From: a virus
Taxonomy: Duplodnaviria > Caudoviricetes
Strand: one strand, 5' to 3'
DNA: 24,716 bases
Virus record (IMG/VR): IMGVR_UViG_3300032074_000028
Span: 1 to 24,716 of that record
Part shown: in pieces, positions 7,967 to 16,111 of the stretch
Layout of the letters: the number at the start of each line of letters is the position of its first letter
Numbering within the stretch: the first letter of the stretch is position 1
The notes under the pieces: generated by a model
The model's database searches: none
The model's input: only the letters and a program-made list of their open reading frames with translations
What the model was told of the DNA's origin: nothing
Translations under genes and position numbers: made by a program

Positions 7967-8236
7967 CTACTGCCAGGTGGGGATGGTCACACCTGTCAAC
8001 TTGCTGGGAGCGTTTCGGGAACGACCCGCCTCCCGGTACTGCGGGCAGTAGTGCAGGCCCTTGCCGGGCACCAGGTCCTGCTCCTGCATCCCCTGGTGCC
8101 TGCGCCAGGCCCACACCCCGATCGGAGCGGCCGGCACCGTGAGCTTCTCGAACGTCCGCCACCGGCCGTCGATGCACACGGCCCTGAACACGGGCTCGTG
8201 GCAGTAGCGGCAGTCGGTCTCGATGGCCAGCTTCAC
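7967..8236 (-). CDS. Hypothetical Cys/His protein (89 aa)
   Basis: GGAGGT RBS before GTG 8236; CRYC...HYC motifs. Confidence 0.7.
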   Translation of the reverse strand: MKLAIETDCRYCHEPVFRAVCIDGRWRTFEKLTVPAAPIGVWAWRRHQGMQEQDLVPGKGLHYCPQYREAGRSRNAPSKLTGVTIPTWQ

Positions 8237-8627
8237 GACACCTCCGCTCTCGCGCGCGCGCACGCGCGGTCTGTACTCACCCTGCTCTACTTGCGTTGCT
8301 CGTCGGGTACGGCCAGCAAAGTAGCCCCCTTTCGTCCTGCTCTTGCCGAGGATCAGCCGGTGATCCTGGCTCTCTCTGGAGTTGTGAGGAACTGAGGTTC
8401 TATGTGGTCCGGAGGACCACCAAAGGCCAGGAAGGGACCTCGCCGAGCCGTGGCCAGCCCGTCCGCTCAGCGGCAACGGGTCATGGCCTCCCGTCGCGGG
8501 CGCGACGAGGGGCTGGAGAGCGTCCGATTCCGGGGATGATCAGGCCACGGGCGGAGCGTCGTGCGCTCTACATCCGGTGATGGGCCTCGCCTCCTCGATC
8601 GTCACGACCCGGGGCGCCTGATCCGGT

Positions 8628-8656
8628 GTGACGAGAGGGGCCTGATGGCCTATACT
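8628..8656 (+). promoter_or_regulatory. Sigma70-type promoter, antisense to the surrounding genes
   Basis: GTGACG-N17-TATACT. Confidence 0.5.
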
Positions 8657-8695
8657 CGTGTGCGTACGTACCGGACCCGAGCGACCGGGTCTGTC

Positions 8696-8725
8696 GAGGC
8701 GGGCCCCTGCCAGGGGGCCCGCCTC
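8696..8725. terminator. Strong hairpin, possibly a bidirectional terminator
   Basis: 12-bp stem GAGGCGGGCCCC / GGGGCCCGCCTC with a 6-nt loop, 30 nt after the stop at 8756. Confidence 0.7.
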
Positions 8726-8755
8726 AACGTCTTCTCGGGGGAACTTACACGGATG

Positions 8756-9064
8756 TCATCCCGCCGCACCACCGGGGTGACACGCTGTGAGATACCGCTT
8801 ACGCGCGCCGGTGGTGGACAGCCCGGTCATCTTGCCGATCTCCGCGTACGAGTGACCCGCCTTGCGTAGCTCGACGATCCACTCGGTGGACACCGGCTTG
8901 GGCTGGTATCCGACCGGCCGGCGCGGCTCGTCGTCCGGCAGTGCCCGCAGGATCGACATGTGCGACGTGCGGAACCGGACGGCCAGCTGGTGCACCGACT
9001 GGCCCTTGCGGTACCGCTCGAGGATCTCGGCGCGGTCCACCTCCGACAGCTGGCTGACGGTCAC
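8756..9064 (-). CDS. Double helix-turn-helix DNA-binding protein
   Basis: YRKGQSVHQLAVRFRTSHMSILRAL and RKAGHSYAEIGKMTGLSTTGARKRY. Confidence 0.85.
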   Translation of the reverse strand: MTVSQLSEVDRAEILERYRKGQSVHQLAVRFRTSHMSILRALPDDEPRRPVGYQPKPVSTEWIVELRKAGHSYAEIGKMTGLSTTGARKRYLTACHPGGAAG

Positions 9065-9348
9065 CCGCTCTCCTCCCCCCAGACGGCGGCCGCCGACCAG
9101 GCCTTGATGTCCTGCTGGGCCAGCCGGATGGCCGCCCGGACCAGTTGCCCCCGGTCGACGCGGGCACCGGCCCGCTGCAGGTCCACCCTCAGTGCGTCCA
9201 GGTCGGCGACCATGGCCCGGGGCATGTAGTAGGTCACCTTGACGTGCTTGTCCGGCTCAGGGGCTGGCTGGGGGGCCGCACGGGGGCGGTCCCGCTGGGC
9301 CCCGCTGAACAGGACGTCGGCGGGTGGGATGGGCGTTCGCTTGGTCAT
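9061..9348 (-). CDS. Ribbon-helix-helix protein resembling ParA-partner proteins
   Basis: Flexible N-terminus followed by KVTYYM (strand), a helix, and VDRGQLVRAAI (helix). Confidence 0.75.
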   Translation of the reverse strand: MTKRTPIPPADVLFSGAQRDRPRAAPQPAPEPDKHVKVTYYMPRAMVADLDALRVDLQRAGARVDRGQLVRAAIRLAQQDIKAWSAAAVWGEESG

Positions 9349-9593
9349 TCGATGATCTCCGCGATCTGCTGGGCCGACGTGACAGCGTCGGCCAGGTGGT
9401 CGATGGCGCGGGTCATGGTCATCGACGGCGGGTCGAGGGCTTTCACCTCGGCCTGCAGTTCGGTCACCATGCCCCGCACCGTGGTCAGGTCCTCCCGCAC
9501 CGTGGGCAGGTCGCCCGGTGGTGCGTCGGACGTACGGTCGGGCAGCTCGGTCAGCCCGTGCTTGAGCAGGCGCCGACGGGTCAGCTCATCCAC
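9345..9593 (-). CDS. Hypothetical protein (~82 aa)
   Basis: Fills the operon; its stop overlaps the next start. Confidence 0.6.
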   Translation of the reverse strand: MDELTRRRLLKHGLTELPDRTSDAPPGDLPTVREDLTTVRGMVTELQAEVKALDPPSMTMTRAIDHLADAVTSAQQIAEIIE

Positions 9594-9825
9594 CGAAAGC
9601 ACCGCCCGCCCGACGCATCCTGTCCTTGAGGATCTGCTCGACGTCCGCCCATGGCACGCCCATGTGGTTGGCCGACGCGTGCAGCCCGACGTGGGAGGGC
9701 ACGGTGGTGCGGATCAGGCTGCCTGCCCCGTGAGCGTCGGACGATCCGAGGTCCCGGCCGCAGGAGCAGGTGGCCGTGGTCGAACCGTCGTCGTCGTCGA
9801 TCACGATGAGCACGGTGGTGGCCAT
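9586..9825 (-). CDS. Hypothetical protein (79 aa)
   Basis: GGAGG RBS, TGATG coupling, CSCG...H motif. Confidence 0.65.
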   Translation of the reverse strand: MATTVLIVIDDDDGSTTATCSCGRDLGSSDAHGAGSLIRTTVPSHVGLHASANHMGVPWADVEQILKDRMRRAGGAFGG

Positions 9826-10211
9826 CAGTCCTCCCCCGGCCAGGTCTCGTACATCCCGGCGGCGATGCCGATCGCCGTCTGGAACAGCCGGATGAACGAG
9901 TGGTCGACGTTGCCCAGGTCGTGGGCCAGCACGGTGCCGATCGCCACGTCGTCCTCGTCCCGGCGCTGGCCGAACAGGCTGCCCAGGATGGTGATCTGCC
10001 TGCGCTCACCGCCGGACAGGTAGCCCGCCGACGCCAGGAACAGGCCGACCTTGGGGTAGGCGTAGTCGCCGTTCTTCTCGATCCACCCGGCCTGGTCGAG
10101 CTTGCTGGCCCAGCCGGACCGGATGAGCAGCTCGACGCCGGCCATGTCGGGCAGGCTGCCCTTGGCCCATGCCCGCAGGGCCACGTTGCGGTCCTCGGTG
10201 AACGCGTACAT
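9825..10211 (-). CDS. Hypothetical protein (128 aa)
   Basis: MYAFTEDRNVALRAWAKG...LSGGERR; TGATG coupling and GGAG RBS. Confidence 0.75.
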   Translation of the reverse strand: MYAFTEDRNVALRAWAKGSLPDMAGVELLIRSGWASKLDQAGWIEKNGDYAYPKVGLFLASAGYLSGGERRQITILGSLFGQRRDEDDVAIGTVLAHDLGNVDHSFIRLFQTAIGIAAGMYETWPGED

Positions 10212-10489
10212 CAGTGCTCTCCCTCGGGTAGGTGTGATCCAGCGACGCCGGGGATCGGCCCGCCGAGCGGCTCGGCGGTCACGATGCGGAGCGCGTACTC
10301 GTCGTCGGTCTCGGGGCGCCCCCATGCGTCCGGCGGGAACCCGCCCTTGGACAGCCACTCGTCGAGCGCCTCGACATGCTCGGCCAGGTCGGCCGCCGTG
10401 CCGTAGAGCTGTTCCGGGTGGTCGAAGTCGAACTGGCCGATCTTCGTGGCCAGCTCGCGGATCTTGGTCAGGGTCTCGTTCGGGTCCAT
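10211..10489 (-). CDS. Conserved actinophage hypothetical protein (92 aa)
   Basis: MDPNETL...LDEWLSKGGFPPDAW; preceded by GAGGACCAACG. Confidence 0.8.
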   Translation of the reverse strand: MDPNETLTKIRELATKIGQFDFDHPEQLYGTAADLAEHVEALDEWLSKGGFPPDAWGRPETDDEYALRIVTAEPLGGPIPGVAGSHLPEGEH

Positions 10490-10500
10490 CGTTGGTCCTC

Positions 10501-12012
10501 TCAGGACAGGGAGTTGACGACGCCGCGGAGCAGGAACTCCGCGGCCGGTGGGGTGACGGCGTTGCCCAGCTGGCGCACCCGCTCGCGCCGGTTGCCGAGC
10601 ACCGTGTAGTCCCCGTGGAAAGCCATCGCCGCCTGGATCTCGTGCGGCTCCAGCATCCGGAACGTGCAGTCCTCCACGTCCGGCACCACGGTGGGCCAGC
10701 CGACCAGCGACTGGTGCCCGGTGGTGGTGAGCGTGCGGGCCGGCTCGCTGGCCGGGGTGCACATCTCGCCACCGTCACCCTTGCTGGAGTTGTGCCGGAC
10801 CAGCATGTGGTGATTGCCCGACGCCGTGACGGTGGCCAGCGGGTGCCGGACCGAGCGGTGGTCGGAGTGGCCGCCGCGCAGCTCGGCGATGAAGGCGATG
10901 CCGTCGGTGTCCACCGTGCCCTGGGTGCGCAGCGGGTGGGACGCCGGACGGGCCACGCCCGTGCGGTAGTACGGCACGACCAGGGCATTCTCGGCCCTGG
11001 TGGTCATCGTGCGGTACGGGCGGCTGGCCAGCAGCGCCTGCTTGCCCTCGCGGCCTTCCATCGGGACGACCAGGGCGTCCGTCTCCCGCGAGGTGCGGGT
11101 CCGCATCGGCGAGCTCGCCGGGTGGGCCGTGTCGTTCCACGTCCCGCCCGACGGGACGATCAGCTCCCCGGCGTACCGCACGAGCCCTGCCTCGATCCGG
11201 GCCATCGTCTTGTCCGACAGCGGCCGGTCCCGGTCACCGATCCGCTGGCCGGGCAGGCCCCAGTCGATCGCTGACGCAGCGGGCAGGGCGTACGGCTCCA
11301 CCTGCTGGCCTCGGCAGCGCAGCACCGGGCAGACGTAGGTGTACTGGGCCCGGTACCGGCCCACCTTGCGACCCGGCTTCCACGTCTGCACCGCCTGCAC
11401 CTCCTGGTCACAGCTGGTGCACCAGGCCAGCGGCCGGGGTGTCACGTCCGGCGCCTGGTTGCCCGCCCGGTGGAACACCACGTACAGCCGGTCCCTCGAC
11501 TGCGGTGCCCTCGGTGCGGCCGCGGCCTCGGCGTGCATCGAGTTGAGGCTGACCAACTGGTGGTCGTAGCCGAGCGCCTTCATGGCCATCAGCCACGCGT
11601 CCCACAGCAGCCACTTGGCGGCGTCGACCACGTTCTCGACGACGATCGCCTGGTAGTGGTGCCGCTCGGCGAACCGGGGCACGTCCCACATGGTGGCGCG
11701 GGACCGCTCGGATGCCTCGTCGGGCAGCGTCTCGCCGAACAGGTCCGGTCCGGTCTGCCGCTTGCGACCCTGGGCCTGGGAGTGGTTGGTGCACTCGGGT
11801 GAGGCCCACAGCAGGTCGGTGCGGGGCACCCGGCGCGGGTCCACCTGGGAGATGTCGGCCACCATGTGGTCGGCGTCCGGGAAGTTGCCCGCGTGGGTGT
11901 CCACAGCCAACTGCCAGTGGTTGGCGGCCAGCTTAAGGTCGATCTCCGGGACAGCGTGCGCTCCGAGCGCACTACCACCCGCCCCGCAGAATAGGTCGGT
12001 CAAGGTCAACAT
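10501..12012 (-). CDS. C5-cytosine DNA methyltransferase (orphan)
   Basis: Motif I DLFCGAGG, IV ASPEC, VI ENV, VIII QSRDR, IX RML...E, X QLGNAV. Confidence 0.95.
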   Translation of the reverse strand: MLTLTDLFCGAGGSALGAHAVPEIDLKLAANHWQLAVDTHAGNFPDADHMVADISQVDPRRVPRTDLLWASPECTNHSQAQGRKRQTGPDLFGETLPDEASERSRATMWDVPRFAERHHYQAIVVENVVDAAKWLLWDAWLMAMKALGYDHQLVSLNSMHAEAAAAPRAPQSRDRLYVVFHRAGNQAPDVTPRPLAWCTSCDQEVQAVQTWKPGRKVGRYRAQYTYVCPVLRCRGQQVEPYALPAASAIDWGLPGQRIGDRDRPLSDKTMARIEAGLVRYAGELIVPSGGTWNDTAHPASSPMRTRTSRETDALVVPMEGREGKQALLASRPYRTMTTRAENALVVPYYRTGVARPASHPLRTQGTVDTDGIAFIAELRGGHSDHRSVRHPLATVTASGNHHMLVRHNSSKGDGGEMCTPASEPARTLTTTGHQSLVGWPTVVPDVEDCTFRMLEPHEIQAAMAFHGDYTVLGNRRERVRQLGNAVTPPAAEFLLRGVVNSLS

Positions 12013-12048
12013 CGCGTTCCCCTTCCTCTGGCACGGGTGATCCCGTGC

Positions 12049-12099
12049 TCGTGCCCTGGCCCGACTCGGACGGGCTGCCCACCAGGTGCGGGGCAGGGC
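12049..12099 (-). ncRNA. Mini tRNA-like element A
   Basis: GCCCUG-CCCCGCACCUGGUGGGCA-GCCCG UCCGAGU CGGGC-CAGGGC-ACGA. Confidence 0.75.
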
Positions 12100-12106
12100 G
12101 GTGGTG

Positions 12107-12496
12107 CTACTCGGTGACGGGCGGGTCAGCCGGTGCCGGTTCCTGCAGCTCGATCCCGGCCAGGTGGACGAACTCCATGACCGTCTCGGACACGTCGCGG
12201 TACGTCTCGGTGTCGGTGGCGCCGTCGTAGTCGGCCGGCCCCTGGATCACGGCCGGGCCCACGATGAAGTCACCCGGCAGCAGAGCGATACCGGCGGCCA
12301 CCAGCAGCTTGTCCGCCGCGTAGTTGTGCGGCAGACCCTGCTCCTTCCCGTCCTCGTTGCACCACATCACGCCGTCGCCGAGCGTGATGGGCTGGATCAG
12401 CCCGCCCACCAGGCCCTGCAGGGTCTCCAGGTTGGGCGTGACGTCCTGCACGGTGGCCACGTTCGTGCCGGGTGCGATGATCAGGACCTTGCTCAT
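12107..12496 (-). CDS. DUF3846-like protein
   Basis: LETLQGLVGGLIQ...WCNEDGKEQGLPHN...IVGPAVI pattern. Confidence 0.8.
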   Translation of the reverse strand: MSKVLIIAPGTNVATVQDVTPNLETLQGLVGGLIQPITLGDGVMWCNEDGKEQGLPHNYAADKLLVAAGIALLPGDFIVGPAVIQGPADYDGATDTETYRDVSETVMEFVHLAGIELQEPAPADPPVTE

Positions 12497-12753
12497 GCGT
12501 TGCTCTCCTTCTGGGTGGGTGTGACGCCCGGGATGACCCAGGCGTCGGGTACTGCGTCGATCAGGCGCTGCAGAAACGCCCTCATCCCTTCCGGCGTGGA
12601 CGACAGGACCATCACGTCGTCCGCGCTCAGGACCAGGGCGATCTCACCCTCGGGGACGACCGACTCCTCGTCGCCCTCGATGACCTCCTCGCCCGCCTCC
12701 ACGAACTCGGCGGACGTGGCGCCCGCGTCCATCCACTCCACGTGAATGGACAT
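12493..12753 (-). CDS. Acidic hypothetical protein (86 aa)
   Basis: MSIHVEWMDAG...; coupled at both ends. Confidence 0.7.
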   Translation of the reverse strand: MSIHVEWMDAGATSAEFVEAGEEVIEGDEESVVPEGEIALVLSADDVMVLSSTPEGMRAFLQRLIDAVPDAWVIPGVTPTQKESNA

Positions 12754-13022
12754 CAGACGGCCAGGCCGATGAGGCCGGTACCCTTGCACGACGGGCAGTC
12801 GGTCGCCCGGCCGCCCTCCTGCGCCGCCTGGGCGCCGTTGAGGGTGCGGTACGGCTTCCCGGCGTTCTTGCCGACCGCCCGGACCAGGCCCAGGCCCTTG
12901 CAGGTGCCGCACTTCTCCCCGTCCGTGGACGGCTCGCCGGCGATGACCTCGCGGTCAGCCTCGGGCACCTCCGGCACGGCCGTCATGATCGGCGCCGTGC
13001 GCTTGCCTCGCGGTGTAGCCAT
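12753..13022 (-). CDS. Zinc-finger protein (89 aa)
   Basis: CGTCKGLG...CPSCKGTG; AGAGGAAGGGGAA RBS before ATG 13022. Confidence 0.8.
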   Translation of the reverse strand: MATPRGKRTAPIMTAVPEVPEADREVIAGEPSTDGEKCGTCKGLGLVRAVGKNAGKPYRTLNGAQAAQEGGRATDCPSCKGTGLIGLAV

Positions 13023-13059
13023 GGTGATTCCCCTTCCTCTGCCACGGGACCGTCCCGTG

Positions 13060-13112
13060 TCGTGCCCTGCCCGGGGTCGAACCGGGAAGCCCCCCACCTA
13101 CGGGGCCAGGGC
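13060..13112 (-). ncRNA. Mini tRNA-like element B
   Basis: GCCCUG-GCCCC(loop with GUAGGUGG)GGGGC-UU-CCCGG UUCGACC CCGGG-CAGGGC-ACGA. Confidence 0.8.
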
Positions 13113-13117
13113 GCCGT

Positions 13118-13660
13118 TCACTCCTCCTCGTAGCCGTCGAACCAGTCGCCCTTGGCGGCCGTCACGATGCGGGCGGCGCCGCTCGTGGCCGTCTTCGACG
13201 ACGTCTCCGGGTCCTTGCACCACGCCTGCGCCTCGGCCAGCGTGAGGCCGGTCGTGTCCTCACCCTCGACGTAGTCCCGGCCGCCGCGCTCCCAGAACCG
13301 CACGATGCGGTAGGTGGCCGGTCCTTCGGTCTCCTCCTCGGGCGTCGTCCACGTGGCCGTGGCCAGCGCCAGGGCCTGCTGGTACAGCTCGTAGGTGTTG
13401 GCGCACTCGAAGCACAACGGCAGGTCCGGGCCCACCATCTCGTGGTCCTCGGCGGCCAGCGGGCTGGCCGCGTGGTCCCCCAGGACGCCGCGCGGGTCGT
13501 TCTCGCCGTCGTCGAACGCGTACGTCCGCGTCCCGCAGACCGCGCACGGGCCCACGAACCGGCAGATCCGGTCCGTCTGGCGCCACGAGTCGTGCCAGCG
13601 TTGCGGGCTGTTGCGGCGCCACGACAGGTGCCTCACCGGCACCGGGTCACCCTTCGCCAT
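13118..13660 (-). CDS. Two-domain hypothetical protein (180 aa)
   Basis: N-terminal CAVC...CFEC; C-terminal YRIVRF...[18 protein letters not shown]...WFDGY; GAGGAAGGGGAA RBS. Confidence 0.8.
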   Translation of the reverse strand: MAKGDPVPVRHLSWRRNSPQRWHDSWRQTDRICRFVGPCAVCGTRTYAFDDGENDPRGVLGDHAASPLAAEDHEMVGPDLPLCFECANTYELYQQALALATATWTTPEEETEGPATYRIVRFWERGGRDYVEGEDTTGLTLAEAQAWCKDPETSSKTATSGAARIVTAAKGDWFDGYEEE

Positions 13661-13703
13661 TCGTTCCCCTTCCTCGCCGACCAGGCCGATCCCGGTCAGC
13701 ATC

Positions 13704-13737
13704 AGTGTAGCTTTGCCGTCAAGTCGTCAAGACGGCA
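13704..13737 (-). promoter_or_regulatory. Putative promoter with operator-like palindrome
   Basis: Minus strand has TTGACG twice and a TACACT (spacing 15 from the first TTGACG, non-ideal). TGCCGTC-N10-GACGGCA inverted repeat at 13714-13737. Confidence 0.45.
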
Positions 13738-13764
13738 CTGTCCTATCGCAAGCGCATGGTGCGC

Positions 13765-13819
13765 TCGTGCCCTGCCCCGGGTCGAACGGGCAGGCCCCCC
13801 CACGATCAGGGGACAGGGC
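13765..13819 (-). ncRNA. Mini tRNA-like element C
   Basis: GCCCUG-U-CCCC(loop with UGAUCGUGG)GGGG...CCCG UUCGACC CGGG-G-CAGGGC-ACGA. Confidence 0.8.
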
Positions 13820-13824
13820 GGGTG

Positions 13825-14373
13825 TCACTCGGCGATCAACTCGCCGACGATGCGGATCACGTCGTCGAGCCCGTTGCTGCCGGAGAACAGGTCGTCGTCG
13901 CCCGTGAGCTGCAACACCTCACGGGCGACCGCCGCGACGTCGCGCGTCACCAGCTGGCCGTCGATCTCCTTGACGACCCGCGTGTCCGAGCTCAGGCTCG
14001 TCGAGCCGTCGTCGAAGGTGTGCAGGATCGGCTTCCACCCGGCATCCAGCGCGACCTTGCCCGCGATGCAGCACGCCGTGCCGCACCAGCCGCCAGCGGC
14101 CACACCCTCGCGCTCGGACAGCCACGACGCCTGAGACCACTCGGACGGCAGCCCCAGGTCCTTCAGCGCCTGCTGGCCGGCCGCCCACTGCGCGACCTCG
14201 ATCAGCTTGGCGCGGTTGACCTCGGGCAGCTCCGCGCGGGTCTCCGTGTAGTCCCAGTTCACGAACGCGCGGGACACACCGGGCAGCCGACGCACCGCGG
14301 CGGCCGCGTCGTAGACGTCGAAGTTGTCGACGAACTCGACGTTGACCGCGATCGTCTGCGTGTAACGGGTCAT
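13825..14373 (-). CDS. Hypothetical protein (182 aa)
   Basis: WSQASW...CGTACCIAG motif; GAGAGG RBS. Confidence 0.8.
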   Translation of the reverse strand: MTRYTQTIAVNVEFVDNFDVYDAAAAVRRLPGVSRAFVNWDYTETRAELPEVNRAKLIEVAQWAAGQQALKDLGLPSEWSQASWLSEREGVAAGGWCGTACCIAGKVALDAGWKPILHTFDDGSTSLSSDTRVVKEIDGQLVTRDVAAVAREVLQLTGDDDLFSGSNGLDDVIRIVGELIAE

Positions 14374-14421
14374 GATGTTGATCCTCTCGTTCCTGCCACG
14401 CGGGCCGATCCCGCGTGGTCA

Positions 14422-14475
14422 GCGTGCCCGGACAGCCTCGGATGCTGTCGTGCGCGGCCGATTCCGCTCACGGGC
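14422..14475 (-). ncRNA. Mini tRNA-like element D
   Basis: GCCCG-UGA-GCGG AAUCGG CCGC-GCAC-GACAGC AUCCGAG GCUGUC-CGGGC-ACGC. Confidence 0.7.
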
Positions 14476-14483
14476 TGGTGGAG

Positions 14484-15320
14484 CTATGCGGGCATGGAAG
14501 CAAGCAGCTTCCGGAGCTCCGCAGGGGGCAGGGTCACGGCCAGAGCCTGCCGGAGCAGCATGGACAGGGAGTGCCCGGTCGACGCCTGGTCCAGCGCGAT
14601 GCTGGCCAGGGCGCCGTTGCCCCGTAGCCACGCGGCCACGGCCAGCAGGGCCAGCAGGTCGTCCCGCTTCGGCCCCCAGGTGGGCGTGAACCGCAGGGTC
14701 AGCGACAAGCCCTCCACGTCCTGGGCCAGCTTCTCCACCGACGCGTGACCGAACATCGCCAGCGCGTGGTCGCGGTCATCCACGGTGTGCACCGTGGCCC
14801 GCCACCCGTCGACGATCAGCTGGTCACCCCCGTGCGGAGGCTTGACCGAGCCGCACCAGGTGATCCGGTCCTCCAGGTCCTCGCGGGAGTCCGCGTTGAC
14901 CTGGCCCTGCACCACGGTGACCGGGCGCAGGACGTCCGTGCCCAGCGGCTGCCACGGCCCCTGGCAGCAGTCGTCCGCCACCCGGCCGTCCTGCACCACC
15001 AGGGCCTCGATCGTGGGCAGGCCGAGTCGGCGCAGCGCCCACATGAGGTCGGACGCGACGCCCGTAGCCGCCTGCCAGCCGATCACGACCAGGCCGGTCA
15101 GCTCCGGCTCCCCGCGCCGGAGCGCGGGGGCCAGCTCCGCGGCCAGGCCCTCGACCTTGTCGACGCCTGGGTCATCCACGCGGGCAGTCATGCCCACGCG
15201 TCGGTCCACCAGGGTGATCACGACGAGGCTGCCGTCCGCCGGGGTGAAACCCAGCAGCGAGGGCACCATCGCGGCCAGCACGGACGGGCCGGACACGCGG
15301 ATCTTCTCGGGAGTGGTCAT
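14484..15320 (-). CDS. DUF4192-like protein (278 aa)
   Basis: IRVSGPSVLAAMVPSLLGFTPADGSLVV at the N-terminus and AAWLRGNGALASIALDQA...LLRQAL...LPP at the C-terminus; start after GAGGACCAACCC. Confidence 0.8.
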   Translation of the reverse strand: MTTPEKIRVSGPSVLAAMVPSLLGFTPADGSLVVITLVDRRVGMTARVDDPGVDKVEGLAAELAPALRRGEPELTGLVVIGWQAATGVASDLMWALRRLGLPTIEALVVQDGRVADDCCQGPWQPLGTDVLRPVTVVQGQVNADSREDLEDRITWCGSVKPPHGGDQLIVDGWRATVHTVDDRDHALAMFGHASVEKLAQDVEGLSLTLRFTPTWGPKRDDLLALLAVAAWLRGNGALASIALDQASTGHSLSMLLRQALAVTLPPAELRKLLASMPA

Positions 15321-15365
15321 GGGTTGGTCCTCTCGTTCGCCACGCGCGGCCGATCCGTGCGTGGG

Positions 15366-15420
15366 TTGTGCCCGTGCGAGGTCCGATGCCTCGCTCACAC
15401 CCGCTTGCGCGGGCACGGGC
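15366..15420 (-). ncRNA. Mini tRNA-like element E
   Basis: GCCCGU-GCCCGC GCAA GCGGGU-GUGA-GCGAGG CAUCGGA CCUCGC-ACGGGC-ACAA (GNRA loop, G-U pair). Confidence 0.7.
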
Positions 15421-15428
15421 TGGTCCAG

Positions 15429-15749
15429 CTAGGCGGCGGGGGTGAACCGGCCGTTACTGGCGCGGCCGACCTGCTTGGGAGCAGGCGCCTCGACAGCGGG
15501 CAGGGTCACGTGCCGCGACGCGGCGGGCGTGTCCGTCCAGGCCCAGACCACGACGTCCCGGTCACCCTGCGGCGGGTCGAGCTCCCGCAGGTAGGACAGG
15601 GCCGACGCGCCGGTCCAGTCGTCGAAGGCGACGTCCAGCCCGCGTGACGTGGCCACCGCGTTGGCGATGGCCACGGCCAGCGTGTTGAGCATCCGCCAGT
15701 CGTCCGCGTCACGGACGAGACGGGCGCCGCTGGTGGTGATTGCGATCAT
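15429..15749 (-). CDS. Hypothetical protein (106 aa)
   Basis: Start after GGAGGACCAACCC; C-terminal RASNGRF. Confidence 0.75.
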   Translation of the reverse strand: MIAITTSGARLVRDADDWRMLNTLAVAIANAVATSRGLDVAFDDWTGASALSYLRELDPPQGDRDVVVWAWTDTPAASRHVTLPAVEAPAPKQVGRASNGRFTPAA

Positions 15750-15822
15750 GGGTTGGTCCTCCATCAGTGTGTGACCAGCGCGACCGATTCGCGCGGGCCG
15801 GAACGGCGGCCGGATGAGCCGC

Positions 15823-15877
15823 CAGCGCCCGGGTCACGTGCGATTCGTGACAGCGCGCCCCTCACGGGGCACCGGGC
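15823..15877 (-). ncRNA. Mini tRNA-like element F
   Basis: GCCCGG-U-GCCCC GUGA GGGGC-GCGCU-GUCACG AAUCGCA CGUGAC-CCGGGC-GCUG (GNRA loop). Confidence 0.7.
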
Positions 15878-15886
15878 TGGTGAGGC

Positions 15887-16111
15887 CTAGACGCTCACCT
15901 GTGCGTAGTCGAACAGCTCGGCGACGCGTTGCGTGTTCGTGGCCATCGCGTGACAGCCACGCTCCTCCGCACGCAGCGACCGGCGCTCCCAGTCGTCCGC
16001 CAGGCGGGCGAGCTGCTGGGACGCGCCAGGCACGCCCCGGAGGAGCAGGACGATGCTCCAGGCCTTGTGCTCGGCCGGTGCCATCGTCCGCGTGTCGTCC
16101 GTAGTGATCAT
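15887..16111 (-). CDS. Hypothetical protein (74 aa)
   Basis: Start after GGAGGACCAACCC. Confidence 0.75.
   Translation of the reverse strand: MITTDDTRTMAPAEHKAWSIVLLLRGVPGASQQLARLADDWERRSLRAEERGCHAMATNTQRVAELFDYAQVSV

Noticed and set aside
8251-8268. (GC)n run as a Z-DNA or regulatory element
   Set aside because: Short and unremarkable in ~70% GC DNA.
6196-10988. Extended ORF-track versions such as 6196..7422 (408 aa) and 9825..10988 (387 aa)
   Set aside because: The N-terminal extensions overlap real genes in another frame; coupled ATG starts with RBS at 6675 and 10211 are better supported.
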